Source of the DNA: an uncultured Gammaproteobacteria bacterium
GTDB taxonomy: Bacteria > Pseudomonadota > Gammaproteobacteria > JABCZS01
NCBI GenBank assembly: GCA_963848305.1
Contig: CAWKDC010000001.1
Coordinates: 864,001-928,000, forward strand
Length of the DNA stretch: 64,000 nt
Direction: 5' to 3'
Below, piece after piece: positions 45,807 through 56,641 of the stretch (position 1 is its first letter; every line of letters begins with the position of its first letter). The position numbers were made by a program, and so were the translations under genes. The notes below the pieces were generated by a model. It saw only the letters and a program-made list of their open reading frames with translations. It was not told the origin of the DNA and did no database searches.

Positions 45807-46076
45807 CTAGAATTCCACATACTCTGGTGTACGCGCCTTCCGAATGCTCCAACGGGCACCCCACCCCAGCACGGTAGTTGACGCGCCGAATATCACGCCT
45901 GTCGCCATATGGGTGTGTTTGGGCTGGTCGTCTGTGAACCAGGTGTCATTGCACAACTCCCCTAGCCATTTCGAGAGGGCGCCGGCAGCCACATAATCAT
46001 TCCCAGCAAATAGGAGAGACATTGAGACCATCGACACAAAAAAAATGAATGTCTTCTTCCTGTTAGGCAGCATCAT
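45807..46076 (-). CDS. Small hypothetical membrane protein
   Basis: 89 aa with two hydrophobic segments; ends TPEYVEF. Confidence 0.5.
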   Translation of the reverse strand: MMLPNRKKTFIFFVSMVSMSLLFAGNDYVAAGALSKWLGELCNDTWFTDDQPKHTHMATGVIFGASTTVLGWGARWSIRKARTPEYVEF

Positions 46077-46698
46077 ACGCGGATCTCCTGATGAAATATA
46101 GGGATAAAAAGAATACACCCAACACCAGGGCATAACCGGCCATGACATCACTGAACCAATGCCGGGAGAGGCCAATGCGCGCGAAACCAACCAACACGGG
46201 AATGACAATCAACCCCCAACGAGTGAAACGTGATAAAGTCACGTACTTTAACCTGTCCATAAATAAGTATAAACCGCACCATAAGGTCGTTCGAACCACA
46301 TGCCCACTGGGAAAAGAATCTTGTTCGGCGTTATAAGGCACTGGTCGGGGAGAGTTGACAATGTCTTTCATCAGTAGCCCCAGTCCCACCACCACGACGG
46401 CGATTGCCACGCCATAAAAAAGCGCCTTCCATTCCCGCTTGATCGCCAATATCAACAGTAATAACGCTAAGGCCGGATAAAACACTGAGGTTTTACCCAA
46501 AATAGCAATGAAAGTCAATGTTTCACTATAATACCTCGCCCAGGGCGAAACCGCATCGGGAGAAGCCAGCATTGACTGTTGAATGAAATGATTCAACGGA
46601 GCGGTGAAACTGTGCAGATGAGCGGTGTCATACCAGGCACCGGCAAATACCAGAACACAGAGGAAGAACCCCCACAATAAACGGTTTGATGTATCCAT
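46063..46698 (-). CDS. PAP2 family phosphatase
   Basis: KxxxxxxRP, SFPSGH and RIGLSRHWFSDV motifs. Confidence 0.9.
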   Translation of the reverse strand: MDTSNRLLWGFFLCVLVFAGAWYDTAHLHSFTAPLNHFIQQSMLASPDAVSPWARYYSETLTFIAILGKTSVFYPALALLLLILAIKREWKALFYGVAIAVVVVGLGLLMKDIVNSPRPVPYNAEQDSFPSGHVVRTTLWCGLYLFMDRLKYVTLSRFTRWGLIVIPVLVGFARIGLSRHWFSDVMAGYALVLGVFFLSLYFIRRSAYDAA

Positions 46699-46715
46699 AC
46701 GTCTTCTCAGCTCCT

Positions 46716-47279
46716 TTATGCCAATGGGGCGTTGACAATCACTTCAACGCGTCGATTAAGTTGTCGTGCAGCATAACCATTACCCTCAACCATCGGTTGA
46801 CGATCGCCGACTCCTTCCACCCTCACAATACGACCGGCAGACACACCCGCCGTCGTTAAATAATCCGCCAAACGGCGTGCTTCACGCAAGGACACGTTTG
46901 CTTGCATCGCAGCACTCATCGTGCTGTTGGTGTGACCCACTACTGCAATCGTTACATTGGGATAAGCATTCAATAAATCCACGATGTGATTCAACACCAC
47001 ATAAAAATCTGGCTGTATGACCACATCAGGCACGGTTTCTACAAATAATTTATCTGAAGGTAAAATCAAATGTGTGCCTTCGCGACTGTCAGCAATGAAA
47101 ATACCGTATTGGAGTAATGTGTTAAATTGATTGCCTTGCTCCACAATCACGCCCTCTGCCACACCGCGTTGTAAAGCAGGCTTTTCACTTTGAATCGCGC
47201 GACCGGGCGCACAACCCGTGAGGATCAATATCGATAACACCGAAACGATGCTACACAAACATGGCTTTGACGAAATCAT
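46716..47279 (-). CDS. icmN: OmpA-like lipoprotein, probable IcmN/DotK
   Basis: Lipobox LTGC, LILPSDKLF, degenerate OmpA_C domain and NRRVEV; at the end of the icm operon. Confidence 0.6.
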   Translation of the reverse strand: MISSKPCLCSIVSVLSILILTGCAPGRAIQSEKPALQRGVAEGVIVEQGNQFNTLLQYGIFIADSREGTHLILPSDKLFVETVPDVVIQPDFYVVLNHIVDLLNAYPNVTIAVVGHTNSTMSAAMQANVSLREARRLADYLTTAGVSAGRIVRVEGVGDRQPMVEGNGYAARQLNRRVEVIVNAPLA

Positions 47280-47943
47280 TTTTCAAATTCTCCCACCATT
47301 CATTCAGTGTTTTCGGACCGGGTGTGCCTTTATCAAACGTTGGATCATAAAATTGCAAATAGGCCAACGTATAATTCAATACGGGGTTGATGATGGTACG
47401 ATCAAGCCCGTTACGTACAAATCCTTGATTTGAAACAACCAGTAACACGCGGCGCGATGAGGGCTCGATCAATTTCACTTCGAACGAAAAAGTGGCTGTG
47501 TCGCCGGGATCACTGGAGCGATTGTTCAGTTCGACTTCCATGATCAAAAAATGTTTTCCATATTCGTCTAACAAGGAATTGATAGGCAACGGAGTTGAAA
47601 CATCCACCCAATCTTGATCATTCACGCGTTGCGTAGGTTCTAACGCCTGCTTATTGATATAAACCGTGGGTTGACGCGTGATCACTTGATCAAAAAACCC
47701 TAAATGCTTGACCGCTGTCATGATGTAATCTTGATACTCAGGCCAATTCACCACACCATGCATTTGAACATCCACATAAACAAGCGGCTTATACACGTGA
47801 GTATCCAGACTGTGGTTGACGGCCACACGAACAGGCGCATCCGATGCTGCAGGCAAATACCCCACTGTGTCAGGATCGATTGGACTGAACATTGTCACGC
47901 AACCTGTTAATATCAACGCGATCAACATCATGCCTCTTTTCAT
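47251..47943 (-). CDS. Hypothetical lipoprotein in the icm operon
   Basis: Lipobox LTGC; starts 2 nt after the icmB stop and overlaps the icmN-like gene. Confidence 0.7.
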   Translation of the reverse strand: MKRGMMLIALILTGCVTMFSPIDPDTVGYLPAASDAPVRVAVNHSLDTHVYKPLVYVDVQMHGVVNWPEYQDYIMTAVKHLGFFDQVITRQPTVYINKQALEPTQRVNDQDWVDVSTPLPINSLLDEYGKHFLIMEVELNNRSSDPGDTATFSFEVKLIEPSSRRVLLVVSNQGFVRNGLDRTIINPVLNYTLAYLQFYDPTFDKGTPGPKTLNEWWENLKNDFVKAMFV

Positions 47944-47945
47944 CG

Positions 47946-50900
47946 CTACCTCCCCTGAAAATCAGCAAAACGTGGATTGGTACGATAATTCTCCAGAATT
48001 TCATCGAGAATGGTTTGCAAAATACTTTTAATGGATTGCTCGTTTAACAAGCCCGTGTCTTTTAACTCGACCATACGGCGCTCAACCACAGGCGCAATGG
48101 TGCCTCCTGGATACATGTTCGATAAAACACGTCTCGCGATACGCGGCCCGATACGATCATACAGTTGATTACGAATATACGCATCTTCTGCCGTGGTTGA
48201 AAAAGCCCATAATTCAACAGGGCCGATCGTGTTCGTCAATAAATGGGTATGCATGCCTTCTTTCGTGGCGAATTGTGCGAGGAATGTACCACCACCTTCT
48301 CGTGAACCATGCACCCGATGACGTAAGGCATATTTGGCGGTTTCGGATAAACCAAATATTTTCGCAGATTTTTCGATGGCTTGCGCAGGCGCATCCATGA
48401 TAAAAATTGACGTGGCGAATTCAACCATGACTTCATCAAAATCATCAAGTGATTGCGATAACAATGCTACTTGCACTTTCCATTTGCGACCTTCACGCAT
48501 ATCCACAACGACTTGATCGCGAACCGCTTTTGCTTTGGATGTGCGGTGAAATTCATCCATCACAATGCGTTTATGATCTTCGCGGATTTCCATCACGCGG
48601 CCACGGTGATATGCACGATATGCTTCAGGCATGTCTTGTACATTTTCTACTGTCAGATAATAATCTCTCGCCATGATATACCGTGCCAACATGTACATCA
48701 CCGCCGTTTGACGATCCGCTGCCTCGCCACCGGTTTTAGCGACTTCATCCAAATCGAGGGATACGACGCGCGCTTCCCCCAAATCAAATTGTGTGGGCCG
48801 CGCCAAAATCGGGTATTCACGAATGGCGCTAGAAATCATGCGATTGAAGGCTTCCACCAAACTTTCACCCGTGCTGATTTTCACGCGACCAAATAAATCA
48901 CTGATTTCAGGAATGCGACATATCGTGCCCGCATCTGCCAGTAAGGGACTTGCGTAACGCTGCGCAAGCATGGCTTCATGAATGTACCCTTTCGCAAATA
49001 ACGCATCGGTGATTTCCCACCAAGATGTATGTGAATCAATGTTCATCCCCAGCGTAGGCAACAGTGCATCAATGCGTTTTTCAATTTCAGGCGCATAACG
49101 GTTGGGGCTCAATTTATCAGAAAAATTCTTATACATTTCATCGATGACCATGCCCACCATATCCGTCATGCCATCATACGTGCGTTCCGATCCCAAAGGC
49201 GTTACCAATAAAGCAATAAAATTCACAAGAAAACTGCGCTCAATCGGTGTCGGAAAGCGTGCACCCAATTGGGTATCAAACGGATTGATGGAATATTCTT
49301 CTTGCATGCGCAATCGGTGATAAGCCGCCAAATGTTGCTTTGTCTTCGGCAATGCTTCTTTGATCAAAGAAATTAAGCCAGAACTCGACGGACCAATATC
49401 AATGATTGCAATGCGTGGCAAACGTTGCTGCCCAGGATTCAAACATAAAGCCAAATTAATGGCATTCGATAGAACTGATTTACCCGAACCCGGCCGCGCG
49501 TACACCAAATCGATCCACGTAGTTTGCAAGGAAGAACCCGGTTGGAAAGGCCAGGGTTTGCCATCGGGTGAACGAAATAGTAAAGCGCCATGTGTCCAAG
49601 GTGAGGCTGGTCGCGTGATAGGCAACATGTAGGCCACATCCGTCAATGGAGCGACAGAAGGTGTTGAGATGCAACTGGACGTCAAGGCCAAGGCGCTTGA
49701 TAAAGTGGCGCCGTATGCATCACCCGAAATTTCAGCCACTTCACAATGTCCCCACCCTTGCACTGCTTTCGCCAATTCGGCGGCACGGATTTTTAATAAG
49801 GGTAGGTTGTCAGAAGGCGCCCAGGTGCAGAGAGCTACCTGCAATTTCACAACTGCATCGTCAGTGTTCGTTTGTATAAAACTGAGCACATTTTTCGCAT
49901 CCGAAATTAACCGATTATTTTCACCGGCGAAACTTAAAATGGCGGCCAACGTGCCTTTCAATCCGAGCGAGGTGAGCCCATTGCTGGTCATCATGAAAGA
50001 AATGCGCCAGGGAATATTCGCCGCCACAGCACGATTGAATAATTGGGTGAATGATTTCACTTCCTTCGGAAATAAATCGATGAATAAGGGCGCAAAAATC
50101 GTATCACCAATACGCGCATATTTTAATGAAATATTTTCGCCATCTCTTGGCAGCAACTGCAATGACAGGGCAGGCCACATGATTTCAGAGGCATCATTTT
50201 TCAATCCCTGCAAAACCCGCACAGGAATGCGATCTCCGGGCAAATAGGGTTCCCATTCGCGGGCAGTGAATTTAGCATCAATCGACATACGTACTTGTGT
50301 AAGCGCAGTATGTACATCCAATAAATGGATGGTCAGCCCCAATGATTGTAATTCGTTCAGCATGGAGCGCACATAAGATTCATGTGATTCTCGCAATTCT
50401 GGAATCGATGCGAATAAACTTTGAGCATAACGCATGCCAGGTAATTTCTTTTCTTTGATCGTCGCATATTTTTTATCGTTGGCGGCCTTCAATTGTTGTT
50501 CGGATATCGCTGTCGGAAATGTCCACAAAACTAAAAACGTTTTTTCTTCCGAACAATAGCGCGCCATTGTTTTTTCACGTTCAGCAAATAAATCATCAAG
50601 CGATAATTCTAAACGCTCGGCTGTTTCGTACGCACCTGAAAAAATTTCTTTGATATTTCCGATGATATCTTCGTTATCATACGTGAACATCATTTGAGCG
50701 CCATATCCTGGCCGCGACATCGCGGTAGTCAACGCATGGGCCACGCCTTCATGCAAGCGCTGAAATTCTTCGCCGCCCACCATGAATTGTGCCCCTTCAA
50801 TGCGGAACATGCTGAGCATGCCCCCATCGCGGGTGACCAATGTATGACGATTATCTACCGCTTCTAGATCACAATATGACGCTGCGGTGGCTTTGAAAGC

Positions 50901-50963
50901 TCCTGAAATCCATTCGAGTAATGTGTCGATTGAACTGAGGATCGGTTCCATGATCTCAGGCAT
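47946..50963 (-). CDS. icmB: T4BSS ATPase IcmB/DotO
   Basis: 1005 aa; YCDLE, LFRSPDGK, Walker A ARPGSGKS, DEFHRT and REGRKW motifs. Confidence 0.95.
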   Translation of the reverse strand: MPEIMEPILSSIDTLLEWISGAFKATAASYCDLEAVDNRHTLVTRDGGMLSMFRIEGAQFMVGGEEFQRLHEGVAHALTTAMSRPGYGAQMMFTYDNEDIIGNIKEIFSGAYETAERLELSLDDLFAEREKTMARYCSEEKTFLVLWTFPTAISEQQLKAANDKKYATIKEKKLPGMRYAQSLFASIPELRESHESYVRSMLNELQSLGLTIHLLDVHTALTQVRMSIDAKFTAREWEPYLPGDRIPVRVLQGLKNDASEIMWPALSLQLLPRDGENISLKYARIGDTIFAPLFIDLFPKEVKSFTQLFNRAVAANIPWRISFMMTSNGLTSLGLKGTLAAILSFAGENNRLISDAKNVLSFIQTNTDDAVVKLQVALCTWAPSDNLPLLKIRAAELAKAVQGWGHCEVAEISGDAYGATLSSALALTSSCISTPSVAPLTDVAYMLPITRPASPWTHGALLFRSPDGKPWPFQPGSSLQTTWIDLVYARPGSGKSVLSNAINLALCLNPGQQRLPRIAIIDIGPSSSGLISLIKEALPKTKQHLAAYHRLRMQEEYSINPFDTQLGARFPTPIERSFLVNFIALLVTPLGSERTYDGMTDMVGMVIDEMYKNFSDKLSPNRYAPEIEKRIDALLPTLGMNIDSHTSWWEITDALFAKGYIHEAMLAQRYASPLLADAGTICRIPEISDLFGRVKISTGESLVEAFNRMISSAIREYPILARPTQFDLGEARVVSLDLDEVAKTGGEAADRQTAVMYMLARYIMARDYYLTVENVQDMPEAYRAYHRGRVMEIREDHKRIVMDEFHRTSKAKAVRDQVVVDMREGRKWKVQVALLSQSLDDFDEVMVEFATSIFIMDAPAQAIEKSAKIFGLSETAKYALRHRVHGSREGGGTFLAQFATKEGMHTHLLTNTIGPVELWAFSTTAEDAYIRNQLYDRIGPRIARRVLSNMYPGGTIAPVVERRMVELKDTGLLNEQSIKSILQTILDEILENYRTNPRFADFQGR

Positions 50964-51591
50964 TATTCATCCCTCCAGGCGCAAAATCTTCCGTGGTTAA
51001 CAACTGCGGTATCACCGATCGCGACCAGTACTGTATCTGTTCGCCGAATGGTTTTGCACTGGGCAACAAGCGCACATATTTCATGACTTCCATGTATTTA
51101 TTGGGATCAATATTGGGTGTATCGACCAGTGATTGTCCAAACACTTCATAGTCGCTGGATCCCTTGCCAAAAATCTCTTCAATCGGTTCTGAAAATTTAA
51201 CCATATTTCGGTATAAGGCTTTTGCTGTTTCTGCAAAAGCAGATCCGCTGTCCATCGCACAAAACAATACCCGAACCAATTGGTTCAATTGCACTTGCGT
51301 GAGGTGCGGCAAATAAATCAGTTTGTGGCCTAATCCTTGTGCGCCCAAGAATAAACAGTGGGCGCACAATGAACAGGCGGTGACTAAATTACTGGGCACA
51401 TTGTGCCGATAATTGCCATCGAGATTCACAATTTCTTGAAAACGTTTTCCTTGGTAACCACAAAATTGGCAGCGATAGTGATCTCGCTGCCAAATTTTAG
51501 GGGCATTTTGCTTGAAAGATTCCTGCTGACGGCGCCCAACGAATGAGCGCCACCCTTCAGGATTTGCCCGCAAGACCAAGGGATGCGGCAT
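50956..51591 (-). CDS. icmJ: T4BSS IcmJ/DotN
   Basis: RDHYRCQFCG, VNLDGNY, NLVTACSLC, LIYLP and QIQYW motifs. Confidence 0.92.
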   Translation of the reverse strand: MPHPLVLRANPEGWRSFVGRRQQESFKQNAPKIWQRDHYRCQFCGYQGKRFQEIVNLDGNYRHNVPSNLVTACSLCAHCLFLGAQGLGHKLIYLPHLTQVQLNQLVRVLFCAMDSGSAFAETAKALYRNMVKFSEPIEEIFGKGSSDYEVFGQSLVDTPNIDPNKYMEVMKYVRLLPSAKPFGEQIQYWSRSVIPQLLTTEDFAPGGMNNA

Positions 51592-52016
51592 TATTGCGAC
51601 CCACCAAAAATGCTTTCAGTTTGGTTTGCACTGCCCGCACCTTCTGTGGTACCAAATATCGTCATACCGGCTGTTTTGATCAGCTGTGGTAACCAAATCA
51701 ACGCCGCTGCAATAAACACGAGCGCAATGGGTTGACCCAATTGCACTTGTTGTGGATTGTCCTTATATTGCTTGAATTTCATGATCGCAGCACCCGCAAA
51801 ACCAATGCCGCCGATGTAGCATAATGAAATCATCACCAACTCAACCGCACTCAAGTTGCTTTGCACGTTTTCTGCCAACGTACCTAAGTTTGTTTCCTGT
51901 GCGAAAGCTGCCACGAAAGCAGACCCCACAAACAGGAGTAAACCACTCAATGTGGCATACACATGCTTCAGCGGTATGCGTTTTGTTAACAATGTAAACA
52001 TATTCATCTCCTTCAT
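51591..52016 (-). CDS. icmD: T4BSS IcmD/DotP
   Basis: YIGGIGF..AAIMKFKQYKDNPQQV..G.PIALVFIAAAL. Confidence 0.9.
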   Translation of the reverse strand: MKEMNMFTLLTKRIPLKHVYATLSGLLLFVGSAFVAAFAQETNLGTLAENVQSNLSAVELVMISLCYIGGIGFAGAAIMKFKQYKDNPQQVQLGQPIALVFIAAALIWLPQLIKTAGMTIFGTTEGAGSANQTESIFGGSQ

Positions 52017-52027
52017 TCCAACGATAT

Positions 52028-52549
52028 CTAGCCGAAACCAAACGTGTTAAACAACACTTCAATCACAGCACCCATGTGAAAAGCCAATACACCCCCCACA
52101 ATGTGGGTAATGCCTTTGCCCACAATACCTTGCGGCGCGCCTTGTTCGCCCGCCTTTGTTAAAAAGTACCATCCACGGATAAACGAGATCAGACCCACAA
52201 TGGCCATGATATTTAACAGTATATTCCATATTTCGAGATAATCTGCATCCAAGTTCGGTGTATACGCAGTGGGGCTTGCACTGCCCCATAACGTGGCTGT
52301 TAACGCATCCAACATCACAGGCCACCAAATCAGTGCCACACCGGTGATGATATTCATCAGAGGAGCGCCCATTTCCATGGGATGAAACATTTGCGTGCGT
52401 TGATCAGAAGAATTATGGAACTTTCTGATGCCAATCATGATGAAGATAACCCCGGTCACATAGCTGATCGAGGCGACCAATCGCGCAATGGGGTCTAATG
52501 ATTCCCCCAGATTGATGAGCATTTGCCATAAATCCATCCCGCGCTCCAA
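52028..52549 (-). CDS. icmC: T4BSS IcmC/DotE
   Basis: Multi-TM; SYVTG, GLISFIRG and GKGITHIVGG motifs; located between icmG and icmD. Confidence 0.85.
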   Translation of the reverse strand: MERGMDLWQMLINLGESLDPIARLVASISYVTGVIFIMIGIRKFHNSSDQRTQMFHPMEMGAPLMNIITGVALIWWPVMLDALTATLWGSASPTAYTPNLDADYLEIWNILLNIMAIVGLISFIRGWYFLTKAGEQGAPQGIVGKGITHIVGGVLAFHMGAVIEVLFNTFGFG

Positions 52550-52624
52550 TCATAACCGTTCATTACCAACCGAACGTCTCTATTTGGCCAATCTCGCGCG
52601 CAAATTCTACGTCGAAATGCAGCT

Positions 52625-52649
52625 GGGCACAACATGTTGCGCCCCTACA
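52625..52649. repeat. GTAG-type REP-like palindrome
   Basis: Minus strand TGTAGGGGCGCAACATGTTGTGCCC. Confidence 0.6.
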
Positions 52650-52746
52650 TTTATGCGCTTTCTCCTCGAATTATCGCGCGACCTTGTCTCAAATATAGCC
52701 GTTCTCCATTAAAGCATATTTCCCTCTGAACGCTTACTCACTATCG

Positions 52747-54317
52747 CTATTGCTCACGAAACACAGCACGCGTACTGGTGACCACGCTGCCTGACGCAGC
52801 ATCAATGCTGACGACACGGCCATAACCAGGGACTTCATCGCCTGGAATCACGGTGATCAATTCGCCCCGCTCGGAGCGCAGCCATGCTCGACCAGGGATG
52901 ATGGCTTGCACCATCATTTTCACAGGAGAAGGTTCACGCATATGAGAAGCTTGCGTATTTTCATTGATGGCACGTTGTTGTTGACCCACGATATTCGTTT
53001 GCGTGACCACATCTTCCTTAAGACCTTGCACCTCACTGTTCAACAAACGCACTTGTTGTTGCAATTCATTGATGCGATCCAATTTGGTATCGAGTGCCTG
53101 CATTTTCTTGACCGCAGATTCCAGCGTTGCTTGCATGCCAGGTGTGCCGTTCTCCGTTGACAAGCGGTCTAGCCGTTCAGCCTGTTCCGTTGGTGTCATC
53201 GCCCCGGTACCCACTTGTGATAAACGTTGATCAATCGATTGCAATGCCATTTCCAATTTATCCAATTTCTCACTCACATCTGTGGTTGCAGGTGCGGCCA
53301 TTTCGTTAGGTTGTGGTTGGCCGGCGCATTCACGAGGGTACCTGTTGAAACCACTTCGGGAGTTTGTGCCGCAGCATGCACGACTGTGCCAGGGACAACC
53401 ATTTCTGTCATCATACCTGTTGAAGGAATCGTCACCGTGGGTTGCACACTGGGTAACCCTGAAGTCACACTGCCAGGCACCGGCAAATTGCTGGGCGTTG
53501 CTGCGACCACTTCAGGGATAGGAGTTACAGCCACCTCAGGCCTTTGTGTGACAGGAGCTACAGCTCGCACAGGTTTTGCAGCGGCTACTGCAGGAATAGG
53601 TTTGTGGATTTCAGCCATTTCTACTGGTTTTTCACCCAAAAAGAATTTCAACCCACCATATATCATGAGGGCTAATACCAACATCACGCCCAATCGCGCT
53701 GCGATGCGTTTCAGATCAGGCGACTTTTTAGCTGGAGGAGGTGTTTCATCCGCCATGCCGATGTCACCCAACTCGGGCTCTGCACCGCCGATGTCTTCAA
53801 AACTGGCTTCAGATTGAGGCTCATAATCAAACAAGGCATCATCACTCAATGATTGACCGGGTTTTTCTTCTGGAAAATCCGCGTTCATGTCCCCAAAAGG
53901 ATCCGGTGACGTGGTTGGCGTTTTAGGGGGTGTCGATGCGGCGGTATTATCAGCAAATAAAGCTTCAAATTCTTCACCACTCGGGATATTGGCTTTCAAC
54001 TTTTTCGGCGGCAAAGGTTCATTGGGGCTGTCAGCAAACAGTGCATCAAATTCTGCGCCCGTGGGAATACCTTCTTTTGATTTTTTAGGAGGGAGCGGTC
54101 CGCTCGGGCTATCGGCAAACAACGCATCAAAATCTGGATCTGGTGGCGTATCAACCTTTTTGCTTTTGGCTGCTTTCTTTTGAGGCACAGGCGATGACTC
54201 TGTGTCTGAACCGAGATCTTTCAGCAAGTCGTCTAGTGAAGGCGCCGTTCCAGTGTCACCGAATAAATCCGTTAACTCGGAGTAGTCCTCAACTTTCTTT
54301 TTGTCATCGTCAGTCAT
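52747..54317 (-). CDS. icmG: T4BSS IcmG/DotF, frameshift near 53320
   Basis: Acidic N-region, single TM, coiled coil and C-terminal VQAIIPGRAWL...VPGYGRV...G.V.TS. Confidence 0.85.
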
Positions 54318-54366
54318 AATGTGCCCTATTTCATAACGGTAAGTTTAGCATCTATTCTCATTGCCA

Positions 54367-56641
54367 TCATTGATAGCCCCCTAATGCGCCACCTTGACTG
54401 CTTGTCAACGTAGCATCTTTGGATAAGCGCGTTGAAGCAGCAGATTTAATCGGCATGGCCGGTGTTGTTGGCGGTGCAACTGGCGCAGGTTTTTCGCCCG
54501 GCGCTAATGGCGCATCCGCGCGCAAGGGTTTTTCACCCGTTGTAGGCGGTTGCTCGATTTTCAAATCAGACATGATCAACAAACCCACCCCTGTGCCACT
54601 GTCCAAAGTGACGGTCGGTTGAATGTTTTTCTTTTCCAAATCGTCCCCAATAGCTTGCCCCACTTTACCCAAACCAACAATGACTTGATCACGTGATGTC
54701 GCAGGCACTTGGCTGGCGATGGTCGCGCTGCCATCTGATGACAACGTGGGCGTTCCTAAACTGGTTTCCACGGCTTCCCCCATTCCTTGCAAGAAACTGG
54801 CTGCAATGATGGTTCCGTATTTTTCCAGCGTATGATTGTCAACAGACGTCGCCACACTGGTGCGAGACGTTTCGGGATCTACAGCAACCGCATCAATGGC
54901 AATACTTTGCGGCACTTCAGGCAAGCTGAGCACGTTGAATCGCACGAACAAAACTTGATCTTGACGTTGGAATGTCCCCATGATCCGCGCACCCTTCAAA
55001 GGACCTTCTGATACTATCCTCGCCAACACAGGACCTGGATCATCACTGTTCACTGACGTGTCGATCACAGCGAATAGCATGTCACCCGCTTTATGAACGA
55101 TGGGTCCTTGACCTGCCGGCGGCAACCCATTGACATTGCCCGGCGCTGCGGGCGGTGTTGCCACAATTTCAGGTGCGATGCCGCGCACATACATCTGCGT
55201 AGGGTGCCCATGTTTGCATGATCGCCTGCGCTTGTGAATTCATTAAATTTTCATACGCCGCCAGTCGCGCTTGCTGATCCGCTAACGCTTGCGCATGTTG
55301 TTCTGCCGTCAACTCTGCATTGCGTTGTTCTTGCAATTTTTGTTGCTCAGCGATCAATCGTTGATACTCTGCTGCCGCACCTTGAGCGGGATTGATATTA
55401 GCATGCCCACCTTGGCCGGGTGACAAAGAAGAAATCATTTCGTGTACACCGCCCGGTGCAGGGCAAGGATTCCCCTGACGATCAACCCCTTGGCGGTTGC
55501 AGCCCAAACGGTTGTAGCCATCTTTATCGTACCCATCTTTATCATACCCTTGCTTATCGAAACCATCTTTATCGTAACCGTTTCTATCATACCCCTGTTT
55601 ATCAAAACCGGCATCGTTGTATCCTTTCGCATCGTAACACGCTTTGCCAGATCGGTTTAAGCCTTGCTTGTTGCATCCATTTTTATCGAAACCATCTTTG
55701 TCATACCCGTCTCTGTCATAACCGTTTCTATCGACACCTTCTTTGTTATAACCTTCGGCATCAAATCCTTCTTTATCCATGCCAAATTTATCAACACCTG
55801 CCGCATTCAAACCATCGATGTTATAGCACGGCTTACCATTTTTATCATTCCCTGCTTTATTGCAGCCATTGCGATCGAAACCATCTTTATTGAAGCCGTC
55901 TTTGTCAAATCCACATTTATCATACCCTTCGGCGTTGAAGCCCTCTTTGTTGTAACACACCTTACCATCGGGATCTAAGCCGTCGCGATTACACCCATTG
56001 GCATCCAATCCTTGCTTGTTGAAACAGTCCACACCGAAAGCTTCAGCACAGGGTTTACCCTGGCGATCGAATCCTTGACGGTTACAACCATTGCGATCAA
56101 AACCATCTTTGTCATAACCAAAACGATCGAACCCTTCTTTATCGAAACCATTCCTGTCAAACCCTTGTTTGTCAAAACCGTTTATATCGTAACCGTCTTT
56201 GTCGTAACCTTTTTTATCAAACCCCATCGCATTGTAGCCATCGCGGTTAAACCCTTCTGCATCAAATCCCTTTTCATCGTAACATTCTTCCCCGCAACGT
56301 GCTTCCCCCAGAATACCAAAGCCTTCACGGTTATATCCCCCCTCTCCTTGATTGATGAGCGAGGGCACAGCGCTGGTGGTACCTGCTAAGGCTGCTCTGG
56401 CTTTTTCTTCATTCGCCAAGGCAACGAGGGGATCGTACACAACGCTGGGCGTGCCGGCACCTGGCAATGATTCTAAATGGGGAGACACACGTTTTGTGCT
56501 AGATTGACTCGCCTCAATCACACTGGGGGCACTGCGCGTGCCAAACCAAATCGCACCAATGGCAATCACGATCACGACCAGCACAACGACGAGCAGTGCA
56601 CGTGATTTCATGTTCCCAATTTTCTCGAATAGGTTTGCCAT
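54367..56641 (-). CDS. icmE: T4BSS IcmE/DotG (VirB10-like), frameshift near 55200
   Basis: N-terminal TM, pentapeptide repeat region and TrbI-like C-domain (KAGDMLFAVIDTSVNSDDPGPVLA, VDNH, ASFLQG). Confidence 0.9.
55462..56290 (-). repeat. Coding 15-nt (G-x-D/N-x-x) tandem repeat within icmE
   Basis: About 46 GFD/GYD/GCN-type pentapeptides in 5 Cys-capped blocks. Confidence 0.9.

Noticed and set aside
55462-56290. Strong short-period DNA repeat considered as a CRISPR array or satellite
   Set aside because: It has a 15-nt period with synonymous variation, lies in frame inside icmE, and has no repeat-spacer structure or cas genes
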